The notes under the pieces are model-generated. The model did no database searches. It worked only from the letters and a program-made list of their open reading frames with translations, and was not told the origin of the DNA. A stretch of DNA of 64,000 nucleotides from Candidatus Latescibacterota bacterium (lineage in GTDB: Bacteria > Latescibacterota > UBA2968 > UBA8231). This document shows positions 10,217 to 21,131 of the stretch, one piece after another (position 1 is the first letter of the stretch; every line of letters begins with the position of its first letter). The position numbers and the translations under genes were made by a program. The stretch spans positions 1,216,001-1,280,000 of the forward strand of contig OZ242214.1 of the NCBI GenBank assembly GCA_965206595.1, given 5' to 3'.

Positions 10217-10716
10217 GAAGAATAACGGGCATTATCGTTACTTTGGACGAGGTAGTATGGGCCGAAAATCAGGCAGTGTCGAGGGGCGCCGAGGGGGAGA
10301 GGCTGAATCAGATGGTCTCCCGGTCCATCAATCGGGCGGTCTCGATGGCTCAGAAGGGATTGAATGTCGCTTCCGGGCGCGGTCCTCCCCTACAGAAATC
10401 AGATTATGAGCTCTAAAGGGGCGAATTCGAGCTGGGACTGCGGTGAGCGGCGAGGCGGGGCGATTGGTGGTGGACGAGCGGAAAGACCGACCCCTCCCAG
10501 ATAGGCCCGGATGGATGTATGGTCGGTCAGTGCCGCGAGGATCCGCATGGAGCCGCCACATTCATAACATTTGGTCACATCAATGGCGAACACTCGGGCC
10601 AGAAGTGTTGCCCAGGCCAGACGGTGGGCGCGTTGCTGTGGTAGGATGAGAGCTGCGGCAGTCCCGCACTCGCCCGCCCCACTCTTGGTATCCACGGATC
10701 GGAGAGGGTGACCCAC
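10217..10716 (-). mobile_element. IS91/ISCR-family remnant: transposase C-terminus plus oriIS end
   Basis: WATLLARVFAIDVTKCYECGGSMRILA...GLSARPPPIAPPR is the IS91-type C-terminal Zn ribbon. About 180 nt downstream the sequence ends GCCCGTTATTCTTCCT at the IS110 insertion. Confidence 0.8.
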
Positions 10717-10752
10717 TCCTGTCGAAGATCTGTCATCGGTTTTCCGTGGCTG

Positions 10753-11802
10753 CTAAACCCGAACGCGCTGCCAGGGACCGGGCTCTCGACCTCCGCGGCA
10801 GGTGTAGAGAGCGCGGTCCTCACAGGAGACGAGGAGGCTGTCGAGGGTCATGCCGTTGCGGGTTAAACGGTGTCTGCCAAACGGCAACTGATGGATCCAG
10901 GGACCGGGACCGTCGCGGTCGGTGAGGATGCTTTTGGCGGCCGGAACTCCAAGGGGGCACCGTTCGTCGAGGAGTTTCGCCATCCGCGGTCCGCGGTATG
11001 CGGTGGTAGAAGCAGAGCCGCGTTCGAGGCGCTGACGGGACGCTCGAATGGCGCCCTCACACATATAGTGATTGGCGCGGCTCAGCGCATCAGCTGACTG
11101 GTCGACGGTAGTGTAACCGGGCAGACCCTCAACCACGGCGATCGTCCCGTCGGTGTCACCGAGGAAGAAGATGAAACAGCCGGCGTGTTCGACAGAGTCG
11201 AGCCAGCGCAGGGCGGCGTTCACGGTTTTGCGGCGCAGGATCTCAGCGATGACGACATAGGTGGGCACTCCAACTTCGGGTTGGAGTCGCGGCATGTGCC
11301 CCGAGCTCGTCCACATGAGGGACATGCCGTGTTCGTTGATGCCGGCTCCTGCCCACAGACCGGGAAAATGATACGTGAGGACGCGCGGACTGCCCTGGGG
11401 CGCCAGGCGCAGCAAGCCGGCCCAGGGATACAGCTGAGCTCCCCAGTCCCAGTTCATCGCCACGAGGGTCTTTCGACCTCGTGTCGCGCTGCCGGCAGCG
11501 GCGAAGGCTGTGCAGTGGGGCGTGTGATAGATTTCCTCATGCAGGGCGAGGAGGCAGACCTGATCGAGGGTGAGCCCAGACCCGCCGGCAAGGCCCTTCA
11601 TGAAGCGTGCCGAACGCCGCGCCGAGCGCTCCACATGTTTCCAGCAACGGCGGGCATAGCTCAGATTTTCTGTCGACGGGGAGACCTCCTGGTAGTAGAA
11701 GCCGAGCATCTCCGTCGCCCAGCGCTCACCATACTGGCGGCCACATTGTGTTTCGGTGCCTCGGATGGTGTGCACCGGCAGTTTGTCGCGATTGCGGCTC
11801 AT
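10753..11802 (-). CDS. Peptidase C45 / acyl-CoA:6-APA acyltransferase-like Ntn hydrolase
   Basis: HCTAFA autoprocessing Cys, MNWDW, GINEHG, RANHY. RBS ggag. Confidence 0.85.
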   Translation of the reverse strand: MSRNRDKLPVHTIRGTETQCGRQYGERWATEMLGFYYQEVSPSTENLSYARRCWKHVERSARRSARFMKGLAGGSGLTLDQVCLLALHEEIYHTPHCTAFAAAGSATRGRKTLVAMNWDWGAQLYPWAGLLRLAPQGSPRVLTYHFPGLWAGAGINEHGMSLMWTSSGHMPRLQPEVGVPTYVVIAEILRRKTVNAALRWLDSVEHAGCFIFFLGDTDGTIAVVEGLPGYTTVDQSADALSRANHYMCEGAIRASRQRLERGSASTTAYRGPRMAKLLDERCPLGVPAAKSILTDRDGPGPWIHQLPFGRHRLTRNGMTLDSLLVSCEDRALYTCRGGREPGPWQRVRV

Positions 11803-12065
11803 GTTGACTTCTCTCCACTGCTACCGGCCTGGGTTGCCACCGCCAACCCCGCCGCGATGATAGGCTAGTTCAAGCTTTTCTGACATCAAGGAACCGGAGC
11901 TTCCTCTACCACGATCACACCCTCAATGACGTTGTTAACCCGGAACAGTGGACACCCTGGGGCAATTTCCGCTTCGGTTACCAACCTTCACCCGAACTAT
12001 TTGGACGTCTCACCCCGGAGCGCCGCCAAATCGTCCAACCTCATAAAAACAAGGAGGAAATTACA

Positions 12066-13217
12066 ATGGCAACCATCCTCGCCCAGGATTTTACTACCGT
12101 CGTTCGTTCCTCGGACCCGCAAAACCTCTACATCGGCTCGCCGATGCTGACGAGATTATCGTCCGGCCGGATGATCGCAAGCTTCGAGTGGTTCCGCCCC
12201 TCGCCGGTCTCCACAAGCCTCCCCGGTCAGTTCAAGATCCTTGTGAGCGATGATCGTGGAGAAAGCTGGAGCGAAAAGGCAAGTCTAAGCATCATCTGGC
12301 CGTCGCTTTTCGTTCACGATGATTTCCTTTATGTGATAGGAAGTAGACCCAAATCGCGCGAGATCGTCATCTCGCGTTCGGGTGACGGGGGAGAGACCTT
12401 CACCCAAGAAAAGGTTTTGTACGAGGGACGTTTCCACAACGCTCCGACCCCCGTTGTGATGAAAGACGGTTTTGTTTACAGCGCTTTCGAGACCTGTGCG
12501 ACCGGCCACCGCAGCGAGTGGAATTCTTTGGTAATAGCCGGCGACCAGTCGGGAGATCTGCTCGACCCCTCCGCCTGGAGGATGTCCAATCACCTGGACT
12601 TCCCCGGCGTTCCTCCTACCCTTACCAGGGGCTTTTACAAACCCAGCTTCGAGGACAAAATCGCTGAGGACAGCTGGCTTGAAGGAAACGTCATCGATGT
12701 TGGTGGTGAGATCCGCGTGATCCTACGAACAATTATCGATGCTCACTCTACTGCAGGGCTGGCGGCGGTGTGTGGCTTAGAGGATGATGGTAAGCAGTTA
12801 AGTTACCGCTTCCTGCAGTTCTACCCGATGCCGGGAGCTCAATGTAAATTCTACATCGTTTATGATGATGCCAGCGGTCTCTTCTGGACGACGGTGACTC
12901 GACCTACCAACACCTGGCAGGATAGAGAGCCTCTTAAAAAAATCGGATTCGCCGGGGCCCCGGGAAACGAGCGCCGCATCCTTATCCTCATGTACAGTCT
13001 AGATGCCCTAAACTGGTTCGACGCCGGTTGTGTGGTGATGAGCCGTAGTCCGCTCGAATCCTTCAGTTATGCTTCACAATTAATAGATGGAGACGACCTA
13101 CTGGTGATAGCGCGTACCTCACAAGGGGGGAGGAACCAGCACGACACCAATCTGGTGACCCTTCATCGGGTAGTAGATTTCCGCAACCTCGCACTGGAGC
13201 TGAGGCCGGATATATGA
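12066..13217 (+). CDS. BNR/Asp-box sialidase-like beta-propeller protein
   Basis: RBS aggagg. Asp boxes SDDRGESW, SGDGGETF and SLDALNW. Confidence 0.8.
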   Translation: MATILAQDFTTVVRSSDPQNLYIGSPMLTRLSSGRMIASFEWFRPSPVSTSLPGQFKILVSDDRGESWSEKASLSIIWPSLFVHDDFLYVIGSRPKSREIVISRSGDGGETFTQEKVLYEGRFHNAPTPVVMKDGFVYSAFETCATGHRSEWNSLVIAGDQSGDLLDPSAWRMSNHLDFPGVPPTLTRGFYKPSFEDKIAEDSWLEGNVIDVGGEIRVILRTIIDAHSTAGLAAVCGLEDDGKQLSYRFLQFYPMPGAQCKFYIVYDDASGLFWTTVTRPTNTWQDREPLKKIGFAGAPGNERRILILMYSLDALNWFDAGCVVMSRSPLESFSYASQLIDGDDLLVIARTSQGGRNQHDTNLVTLHRVVDFRNLALELRPDI

Positions 13218-13224
13218 TAAGAAC

Positions 13225-14457
13225 TCAGTCGTCGGCCTCGAAGACGCCCTCCCTATCGATGCGCTCGTAAACCCGCCCGAATTCCTCTGAATCATCGTCC
13301 TCCCACAACTCCATTCGGATGCCTCGAATAGCACCCTCTTCACGCCCGGTCATCGCGGTTATGGCAGGTGTTGCCGAAGTGTACAGTTTCTGGCCGCCTG
13401 GCAGGTGTAGAATGCCGATGTTTCTCGACGACTCCGCGGAACCCTCTGAGCTTTTCGCCGCCAGTTCCGCCAGCTTCTCCTCGTCCACCTCGACGCCCAG
13501 GCCGGGCCCTTGCGGCACCGGGGAGCACCCCTCGGTAACGGGGATTCGCTCTCGCGTGACGTCGTCCTCGTACTGGTCATCCAGATGGATGGAGTGACCT
13601 GTCGCCGTGGGCAATACAGCCGCGATATGCAGCGCGAACGCCTTGGCAAGCGTACCGCCGGTGAGCTGCAACAGGACCTGCGCGTTTGCGCGGGCGCAGG
13701 CAAAGCCGGATACGAGGGTATCGCCGATCGACACGCCGCTGAAGAGGTAGGTGTCGGCCACTCCGGCCTTCACTTCCTGGAGGCCGGAGTGGCCGGCCGC
13801 CACGTGGAAAATCAGGGGGATCGCGACCTTGTCCCGCAGCCTGCACCAGCTGTCCAGATCGCTTTTCGGCAGGGGATCCTCGATATGGCCTACGACTGGA
13901 TGTGATTCCAGCTCTTTGATGAGGGGCAGTACTGTGGCCAGCGTCCGGTTGCCATTAAAGTCGTAGTGAATCTTGAAACCTCTCGGCGCCACTTCCTCGG
14001 CCGCGCGCGTCTGCTCCATCACATCGTGGAACGCAGCGGTGTGCATCTTGAAAACCCGATAGCCCTGCGCGGCGGCTCGCTCGAGCTCGCTGGCGAACTC
14101 AGCGGGCGATGACTGCGCCGTCCAGGCCGCAACCGACACGGCATCGCGCACCTTCTGTCCCATGAGCTTGTAGGCCGGCACTTGGAGGTGTTTGCCCATG
14201 AGGTCGTAGAGCGCTCCGCCCAGACCAGGGTCGAGAGTGTTGTTGATGAAATCAAAAGGGTCACGGCCGATGAGCGGCTCCACTGCTGCTCGGGGTAGCC
14301 CGCCCAGGCGATGGTCGCCGTAGCCCACCAGGCCGTTGTCCGTTTGCAGCTTGTATATGGTGCGGTGTTTGACACCCTGGAATCTCACTTCCCTCCCTTT
14401 ATAGCGACTGGCGAGCCGGGGCCGAATCGGAATTGTGTCGATTTTCGTGATTTTCAT
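13225..14457 (-). CDS. Mandelate racemase/muconate lactonising enzyme family (enolase superfamily)
   Basis: MKITKID, LQTDNGLVGYGD, ALYDLMGK...PAYKLMG, DFN, IEDP, PQGPGLGVEVDE. Confidence 0.88.
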   Translation of the reverse strand: MKITKIDTIPIRPRLASRYKGREVRFQGVKHRTIYKLQTDNGLVGYGDHRLGGLPRAAVEPLIGRDPFDFINNTLDPGLGGALYDLMGKHLQVPAYKLMGQKVRDAVSVAAWTAQSSPAEFASELERAAAQGYRVFKMHTAAFHDVMEQTRAAEEVAPRGFKIHYDFNGNRTLATVLPLIKELESHPVVGHIEDPLPKSDLDSWCRLRDKVAIPLIFHVAAGHSGLQEVKAGVADTYLFSGVSIGDTLVSGFACARANAQVLLQLTGGTLAKAFALHIAAVLPTATGHSIHLDDQYEDDVTRERIPVTEGCSPVPQGPGLGVEVDEEKLAELAAKSSEGSAESSRNIGILHLPGGQKLYTSATPAITAMTGREEGAIRGIRMELWEDDDSEEFGRVYERIDREGVFEADD

Positions 14458-14567
14458 ATCTCAGTTCCTCCTCTCAGTTCCTCCCGAACAGACAGCGAAA
14501 AAGTAGATGTGATGCCGGTTGGCGCCCAACAACAACAGATTTCATGTCCTCCGCTACCCGACTGAAA

Positions 14568-14776
14568 GTATAGGAATTATGAAGGGCCCTTTTTATTGCA
14601 TGGTCAAGTAGTGGCGGCACCTCTTCCGCCCTTTTTTCCGCCTAGTAGAACAAGTTCCGGTAGACTGCACACAGAGACACGGTCCTCGAGGACCTGCAGA
14701 CCTTGATGGCCGCTAATGCGACACATAGACGACTTAAACCCTTCACAGCAGACTATTGTCGCAGCACGTCCGGGAA
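14568..14776 (-). mobile_element. 209-bp non-coding repeat, putative IS91-type MITE (uninterrupted copy)
   Basis: About 99% identical to 29900-29905 plus 30684-30886. The minus-strand end GCCCTTCATAATTCCTATAC is oriIS-like, and TTC occurs at both ends. Confidence 0.7.
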
Positions 14777-14899
14777 AGCGATCAATCCCTCCCGCGCCTC
14801 GTCGGTCATGATATCGGGATAGGAGATGTACCCGTCCCGGTGAAAGCTGGCGATCTCCTCCGACGTCGGCCCGCTGCGGCGAAAAAGCGAATTCATCAT
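14777..14899 (-). pseudogene. Phytanoyl-CoA dioxygenase (PhyH) family N-terminal fragment
   Basis: RBS ggagg, then MMNSLFRRSGPTSEEIASFHRDGYISYPDIMTDE. Cut off exactly at the 209-bp repeat. Confidence 0.65.
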
Positions 14900-15268
14900 C
14901 CTCCGCTGTTGGAAAGGGACACTTCCGGCGCGAGCGTCGGCTCGAACGATGATGCGGCGCTGGCGCCTCAGCGCAACTGCATGGCATCCGAATGGTCCAT
15001 CGAGCCGATTGCCGGCCCCGAAGTGAGGCTAATCCACCTCCCGCGCAAACCCGCCTCGATCTGTTCACCAACTCGCCGGTTCCCTATTATCGCACGACGT
15101 ATACCCCTGCCCTCGTCATCGCGTTCCCCGGTAGGGACCCGACGAGGAAAACTGTGCTCGAAGCGCATACAGATCTCCCATCTCGGGGCCGGAGAGGCCG
15201 TGTCGAGAGGTGATTCGGTCTCCAGGCCGCTGGCTTCCGCGGTTCAATCCAGCCTGCAGCGGGCGAGA

Positions 15269-17194
15269 ATGAAATCACCTTTCAGTCTCCAGGGACTCCT
15301 CGTCGGTACCGCCCTCAGCATCGTCATCGGGCTCGTCGCTCCCTATGGGCTCGTGTTCCAGTACTTTCTCATCGGCTTCAACCCATCCTCTCCGGGCGCC
15401 ATCTTCTTCTTTTTCATCCTCACTCTCTTCGTCAACGCCATTCTCGCTCTCATCCGTCGGCATTTTGCCCTCTCCCGCGCCGACCTCGTGCTCATCTACT
15501 GTATGCTGCTGATGGCCGTCACCATGCCCACGTGGGGACTCGGATTCTTCCTCATCGGCACGATGATCTACCCGTACTACTACGCCACACCCGAGAACCG
15601 TTTCGCCGAGCTCTTTCACGATCTCATCCCCACGTGGATGGCGCCCCAGGATATGCACGCTATCGAGTATTTCTACGAGGGGCTTCCGAAAGGAGCCTCC
15701 ATCCCCTGGGGAGCCTGGGCGGAGCCGATGCTCTGGTGGTTTGCCTTCATCACGGCCCTGGGCCTCATGCTCGTATGTATGAGCGCCATTCTGCACCGTC
15801 AGTGGTCGGTCCACGAGCGGCTCACCTATCCGATGGCGCAGCTGCCCCAGAGCATGATCGAAAAAGGGGACAACGCCGCCTCGCTCGTGGCCCCGTTCTT
15901 CAAGAGCAAGGTGATGTGGCTCGGGTTCGCCATTCCCTTCATCTGCTTCAGTTTCACCGGACTGCACCACTTCTTTCCGGTCGTGCCCCCGTTCCCCTTT
16001 TTCCATGACCGCCTCTGGTGGTTCGATCACACCGTGTGGCTCGTCCTCGCCTTCAGCTTCGCCTGGGTCGGATTCTTCTACCTCGCCAACCTCGAGATCT
16101 CCTTCAGCATCTGGTTCTTCTACGTGATGCTCAAGTTCGAGGAAGGAGTCTTCAAAACGCTCGGTATCGCCAGTACCGAGAAACTCAGCTCGTACGAGTA
16201 TTCCCAGCCGGCGGACCTGACCCACCAGGCGACCGGCGCCGTCATCGTCCTCGTGCTCTACGGGCTGTGGATCGCCCGCGTCCATCTGCGCGATGTGCTG
16301 CGCAATGCCTGGAGCCCGGCAACTGGCGTGGACGACAGTGAAGAGCTGCTGAGCTACCGCACCGCCACGGTCGGATTCCTGGCCAGTCTCTTCTTCGTCA
16401 CCGCCTGGCTGTGGCGCTCGGGCGTGCCCGCGCTCGTGCTGCCCGTGCTCGTCGTGGTGAGTCTCATCTTCTTCATCCTCGTGGCCCGCGTCGTCGCCAC
16501 TGCCGGCGTGGCTACCGCGCGCAGCCCCATCGTCCCGGCCTATTTCATCATCTCCGGCTTCGGCACCTCCATACTCGGCTCCCAGGGGCTCATCGCCCTC
16601 AACTTCACCTTCACCTGGCAGGGTGAATCCCGCACCTCGCCGATGGTGGCCTGCTCGAACGGCCTCAAGCTGGCCGAAACGATCCGGGGCCCCAAGGGCC
16701 GCCTCTTCTGGGGTCTCATGATCTCGCTGGTCTGCAGCCTGGGAGCGGCAGTCTACATCTCACTGCATATGGCCTACACCTATGGTGCCGTCAACCTGGA
16801 CGCGCTGGGCACGGTGGGAGGCCACGGCTGGCCCTACATCGGGCCGACCATAATGGAGATGCCGGAGATGAATGTGCGGGGCTGGATATTCAGGGGAATC
16901 GGCGGGCTCGCGGAGGGGTTTCTGGTCTGGGCTCAGCACCGCTGGTTCTGGTGGCCCCTGCACCCCGTCGGCTTCGCCATCGCCGTGGGCTGGCTCACCG
17001 GCCATATCTGGTTCTCGGCGATGATAGCCTGGGGCATCAAACTGATGATTCTGCACTTCTGGGGACCCGGGATGTTCCAGAGTCTGAGACCATTCTTTCT
17101 TGGTCTCATACTGGGCGAGGTTGCCGTGGCCGGATTCTGGGGGGTGATCTATCACTTCACCACCGAGAAGGGCCACTGGCTGACTGTCATGTGA
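15269..17194 (+). CDS. Polytopic membrane protein, DUF6785/DUF6784 (OPT-like putative transporter)
   Basis: Many transmembrane helices. YYYATPEN, QWSVHERLTYPM, WWPLHPVG, RPFFLGLILGE. Probable start is the ATG at 15269, not 14756. Confidence 0.8.
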   Translation: MKSPFSLQGLLVGTALSIVIGLVAPYGLVFQYFLIGFNPSSPGAIFFFFILTLFVNAILALIRRHFALSRADLVLIYCMLLMAVTMPTWGLGFFLIGTMIYPYYYATPENRFAELFHDLIPTWMAPQDMHAIEYFYEGLPKGASIPWGAWAEPMLWWFAFITALGLMLVCMSAILHRQWSVHERLTYPMAQLPQSMIEKGDNAASLVAPFFKSKVMWLGFAIPFICFSFTGLHHFFPVVPPFPFFHDRLWWFDHTVWLVLAFSFAWVGFFYLANLEISFSIWFFYVMLKFEEGVFKTLGIASTEKLSSYEYSQPADLTHQATGAVIVLVLYGLWIARVHLRDVLRNAWSPATGVDDSEELLSYRTATVGFLASLFFVTAWLWRSGVPALVLPVLVVVSLIFFILVARVVATAGVATARSPIVPAYFIISGFGTSILGSQGLIALNFTFTWQGESRTSPMVACSNGLKLAETIRGPKGRLFWGLMISLVCSLGAAVYISLHMAYTYGAVNLDALGTVGGHGWPYIGPTIMEMPEMNVRGWIFRGIGGLAEGFLVWAQHRWFWWPLHPVGFAIAVGWLTGHIWFSAMIAWGIKLMILHFWGPGMFQSLRPFFLGLILGEVAVAGFWGVIYHFTTEKGHWLTVM

Positions 17195-17200
17195 GACAAC

Positions 17201-17725
17201 TCAGCCCGCGGCGAGGACCTCGCGAACGACCTGCGCCGCCGTCTCGATGTCACCGTCGTCGACGCCGCGATGGGTGAGAAACTTCACGGAACCGGCATCG
17301 AGCACGCTCACTCCGACGCCTCTGGCGAGGACGCGCTCGCTGAACTCCTCCGGCGTCATGCAATCGATGTCCACGCGCACGATGTTGGTTTGCACGGTCT
17401 CCATATCCACGCGGATGCCGTCCATGTCGGCGAGTAGCTCCCCCAGACGTCGCGCCCGCACGTGGTCCTCGGCTAGCCTGGGGATCATGGTATCGAGGGC
17501 GACGATGGCGGCGGCGGCGAAAACCACCGTCACCGCGTCACCCGCGGCTTTCACCTCCCGCACCCGGTCCCGGGCGCCGGCCAGGCTGGCCAGGGGTTCC
17601 TCGCGTGAGCCGGGGTTGTCGTCGCGGCCATCGGGACTCACGTGGAGGACTGCCTTCGCGCCGGCGGTGACCCCGGCGCCGGTGGTGATGGCGGTGCACA
17701 GCATCACGGCACTCCAGAGATTCAC
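17201..17725 (-). pseudogene. In-frame chimera: secreted beta-helix protein N-terminus fused to low-specificity threonine aldolase C-terminus
   Basis: LHVSPDGRDDNPGSREEPLASL joined at a gcg run (about 17510) to RLAEDHVRARRL...VQTNIV...FLTHRGVD. Confidence 0.7.
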
Positions 17726-17791
17726 GGGATGATTCTCCTCGAGCCACGCACGGCGACCTCGCCGTTTCGCAGATCGCCCATGGACAATCCT

Positions 17792-18870
17792 CTATGCCTT
17801 CTCGAGGAACTCCCACAGCGCATTGAAGCGAGCGCCAGTGATCGGCTCGGTCCGCAAGCTCGAGGGCATGTCTTTTTCGCGGGTGGCGTCGGACATGTAG
17901 GTGGGAGCAAATTCGAGAGACTTGCGCAGACTCATCCCTGCTGACCCCGATCTCACCGGGGCGCCAGCGCACCTTGCATACGTCGAGCCAACCTGTGATG
18001 GTTTCGGTGTCGTCTTCGCAGTGCCATGCGACGACGACCGCTGCAAAAGCGACAAACTCGCCGTGGATCCAGCCCCTGCCGTTGACTTCCTCTGCGCCAA
18101 GCCAAAGGGCATGATCGGAGGCTGGAGCTGCCGGGTGCCGGAGGCTTTTCGCGTCCCGGTCCTGGAGGGTTTTCACATTCAGGCGAATGCTGTCCGCCGT
18201 CAGGTCTCCGTCCGAGTTCAGGGTCGCGGGGAACTCCGTGACGATATGGTGGAAATACTCAAGTAACGGCGATGGCAGACTCATCAAAGGGCTCACCGAT
18301 GCCGAGCCTGGTGCTCCGCCGCCATTCACAGAATCCGGCGTATCCGCAGAGCACGTCGCCGAGTCCCGCGGTGTTCAGATAGTAGGGGGCCTGCAGCACG
18401 AGATCGCAATCGATTACGACATGGTCAAAGTCGATCCAGGGCCACGTGCTGCTGGGGCCGATGGTCTTGTGGCCGTCCCACTTGGCGAAAATGCTGTGGA
18501 TGATAGCGCCGGTCGAGACGATCGTCGGGACCAGCACGAGCGGTATCCCCGTCTTCAGGGCGACGTACTTGGACGCGTCGAGCGCTATCCCCCCTCCAAT
18601 CCCGACGATCAGCTCAACTCCGTCTGGTAGCTTGTCAGTGATGTTTTGAAGGTGCGCCCAGTCCAACAATCGAGCGTATTCGACCCCGTTGGGCTCTCGG
18701 GCCAGGTGAGGGCGTGCTGCGTTGTATGCGCTGGGCGAGCTGACCGCAAAGTAGGCCGGCCAGTCGCCGCTCTCCTGATTGAGAAGGCCGCTGCCGCAGC
18801 GAATATCATGCTCGAGTGCGGTCTTACTGTCCTCGGTTCCTCCGCTCCAGCTCCCACGCGGGTTGTCCAT
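17792..18870 (-). pseudogene. Glycerol-1-phosphate dehydrogenase-like gene, frameshifted (copy 2, inverted)
   Basis: Highly similar to 5598-6676. Frameshifts near 18262 and 17931. Confidence 0.75.
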
Positions 18871-19142
18871 GATTGTGCTCCTCCAAGAAGGCAGCAGCCA
18901 GCGCCGCTACGTCCCGACGCGCTATTTGTCCGTCGTACAGGCTCTGTCGGCACTGAGTTCCCGGGTCATTTCCGAACCCCAGCGACCGTGAAACCGGCTC
19001 TCCCGTAGAATGCAATTGCACGCATATCTGTTGAGTGTACTCCACCCGGCAAGATGATGCGAGATCGGTAGAAATGGCGAGCAGCCAACTCTATCCCAGC
19101 TTTCAACCAAACTATCTAAAATGCCCTACCGAGGAGTAGATA

Positions 19143-19565
19143 ATGCCCAGACGATTCCAAAGAAAACGAACTGAGGGCTGGAGAATGCCGGAGGGTGCCG
19201 TCTATGTCGGCCGCCCTACCAAGTGGGGTAACCAATTCACCGGTCCTCGTCATGTCGCCGTGGCCAATTATCGCAAGTGGATGAACGAACCTCAGTGGCA
19301 ACAGCTCCGAGAGGCAGCCAAGCGCGAACTCCGCGGCAAGGACCTCGTGTGCTGGTGTCCGCTGGATCAGCCATGCCACGCGTGTACTGAGTGTACTGCT
19401 GGAAATAGCAAACAAACACTAATACGACAAGCTGGCTGTACCGACCTGAAGGACCTAGCTCCGACCGATCAGCTCATCGAGATGCCTCAGCGAAATCGCT
19501 ACCAACTCTCGTCTCGTGGAGAAGCTCTACTGGTAATGCTGAACACAGCCAATTGGGACGCGTAG
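19143..19565 (+). pseudogene. DUF4326 domain protein (phage/plasmid-associated), C-terminus frameshifted
   Basis: YVGRPTKWGN.F and LRGKDLVCWCP...CHA. The expected VLLEIAN ending lies in another frame after a tgtactg duplication near 19384-19399. Confidence 0.7.
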
Positions 19566-19583
19566 CCTTCGAAGCTGAGTCAA

Positions 19584-21131
19584 CCCTCTGGTTGCATAAA
19601 AACAGGGCATTTTTCATCTCTGAACTGCCACACTTCACTTGCGGCGTCTCTGAAAATGGGGTATTGATGATGTCGACCAAGACATTTATCGACCCCTTCC
19701 AGGAGGACACCGCAAGTGAAGTGTAGCAAACAAGCCATTTTAGCCCGTTTTCACAAGCTCCCACGTCTTCGCTTCGAGGATCAACAGCTTACCTCCTTTG
19801 CCGGAACGATTGTTTTTCAACTCCTCTTCCAGCGCCTGGATCTCAAGGCTCGACTGAAGCCATGCTTCCCCGCCAAGAGCTCAGCGATCTTTGGTCCCCA
19901 TCTCATTGTAATGTGGCTCATCTTGCATCTGCTGCTGGGCTTCCGGCGGCTGCGCGACGTCGATTATTACCGGGACGATCCCGTGGTACTGCGCTTGTTG
20001 GGCGTACGTCGCCTGCCGGATGTGGCCACCGTCAGTCGCACGCTGGCGAAAATGGGCCCTTCCAGTGTCGAAAAAGTGCGCCACCTGTCTTCGACCTTGG
20101 TGGTGCAAGCGCTCCGGCGCGAACGCTGTCCTCGCCTGACCCTCGACTTCGACGGCTCGGTGTCCTCCACTTGTGGTCATGCCGAAGGTACCGCGGTCGG
20201 CTACCATCCCAAGAAAAAAGGGGCGCGCAGCTACTACACTCTGTTTTGCACGGTGGCCCAAACCGGTCAATTCTTCGATGTCCTTCACCGGCCCGGCAAC
20301 GTCCATGACAGCAAGGACGCTCATGAATTCATGATGAACGTTTTCGATCGCGTGGGCGACGAACTGGCGCACCCCGTGCTCGAGTCCCGACTGGACAGCG
20401 CCTTCTTCAGCCACCACACGCTTACCCTCATGGACCTGTATGGCGTCGGATGCACGATCAGTGTCCCTTGCGAACGCTTTGCGCTACTCAAGGACAAAAT
20501 CGAGGCGCGCCAGCGCTGGTGCTATCTCGATGAGCAATGCTCCTATTTCGAGAGGGACTGGAAACCCAAAAGCTGGCCGGCCTCGTACCGGTTTCTCTTC
20601 GTCGCGCCGTAGGGTACAGCGCCAGACCAAGGAAGCGCTGCAACTGGATCTGTTCGAACCCCGAGCATTCGATCACGAGTACCGCGTTGTGGTTACCAAC
20701 AAGCCGAGCTCGGCACGTAGCGTGCTCCTCTTCCACTATGGCCGCGGCGCTCAGGAAGGGATCTTCGCCGAGGCCAAGCAACAGGCCGGGCTGGATCTGA
20801 TCCCCACCCGACGGCTGCTCGGAAACCGAATGGTTACTTTGGGTGCGATGATGGCCCACAACCTGGGGCGCGAAATGCAGATGCTGGCGCAGGCGCGATC
20901 CAACTATTCGCGTGGCAAACGGCCGGCGGCGTGGACCTTCCAGACCCTGGGCACCTTGCGTCAGCGCTTCCTGCATCGCGCCGGGCGTCTCACTCAGCCC
21001 AAGGGCGAGTTGACCCTGACCATGAACTCGAATCCAAAAATCGAAAAAGATCTGTTGCATTTTCTCGATACACTGAAGGATGCGGCCTGATCACAACCAC
21101 CTCCTTCAAGCTGATTTATGCAACGTTAGGG
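19584..21131 (+). mobile_element. IS1380-family insertion sequence
   Basis: TIRs ccctctggttgcataaa / ccctaacgttgcataaa (14/17). Flanking duplication is TCAA, or GTCAAC if the ends are taken 1 nt inward. Confidence 0.9.
19716..21090 (+). pseudogene. IS1380-family DDE transposase, frameshift near 20605
   Basis: LTSFAG, TLDFDGS, RPGNVH, RLDSAFF, YGRGAQEGIFAEAK, split over two frames. Confidence 0.85.

Noticed and set aside
19143-19565. Prophage
   Set aside because: Only an isolated, frameshifted DUF4326 gene; no structural, replication or integrase genes.
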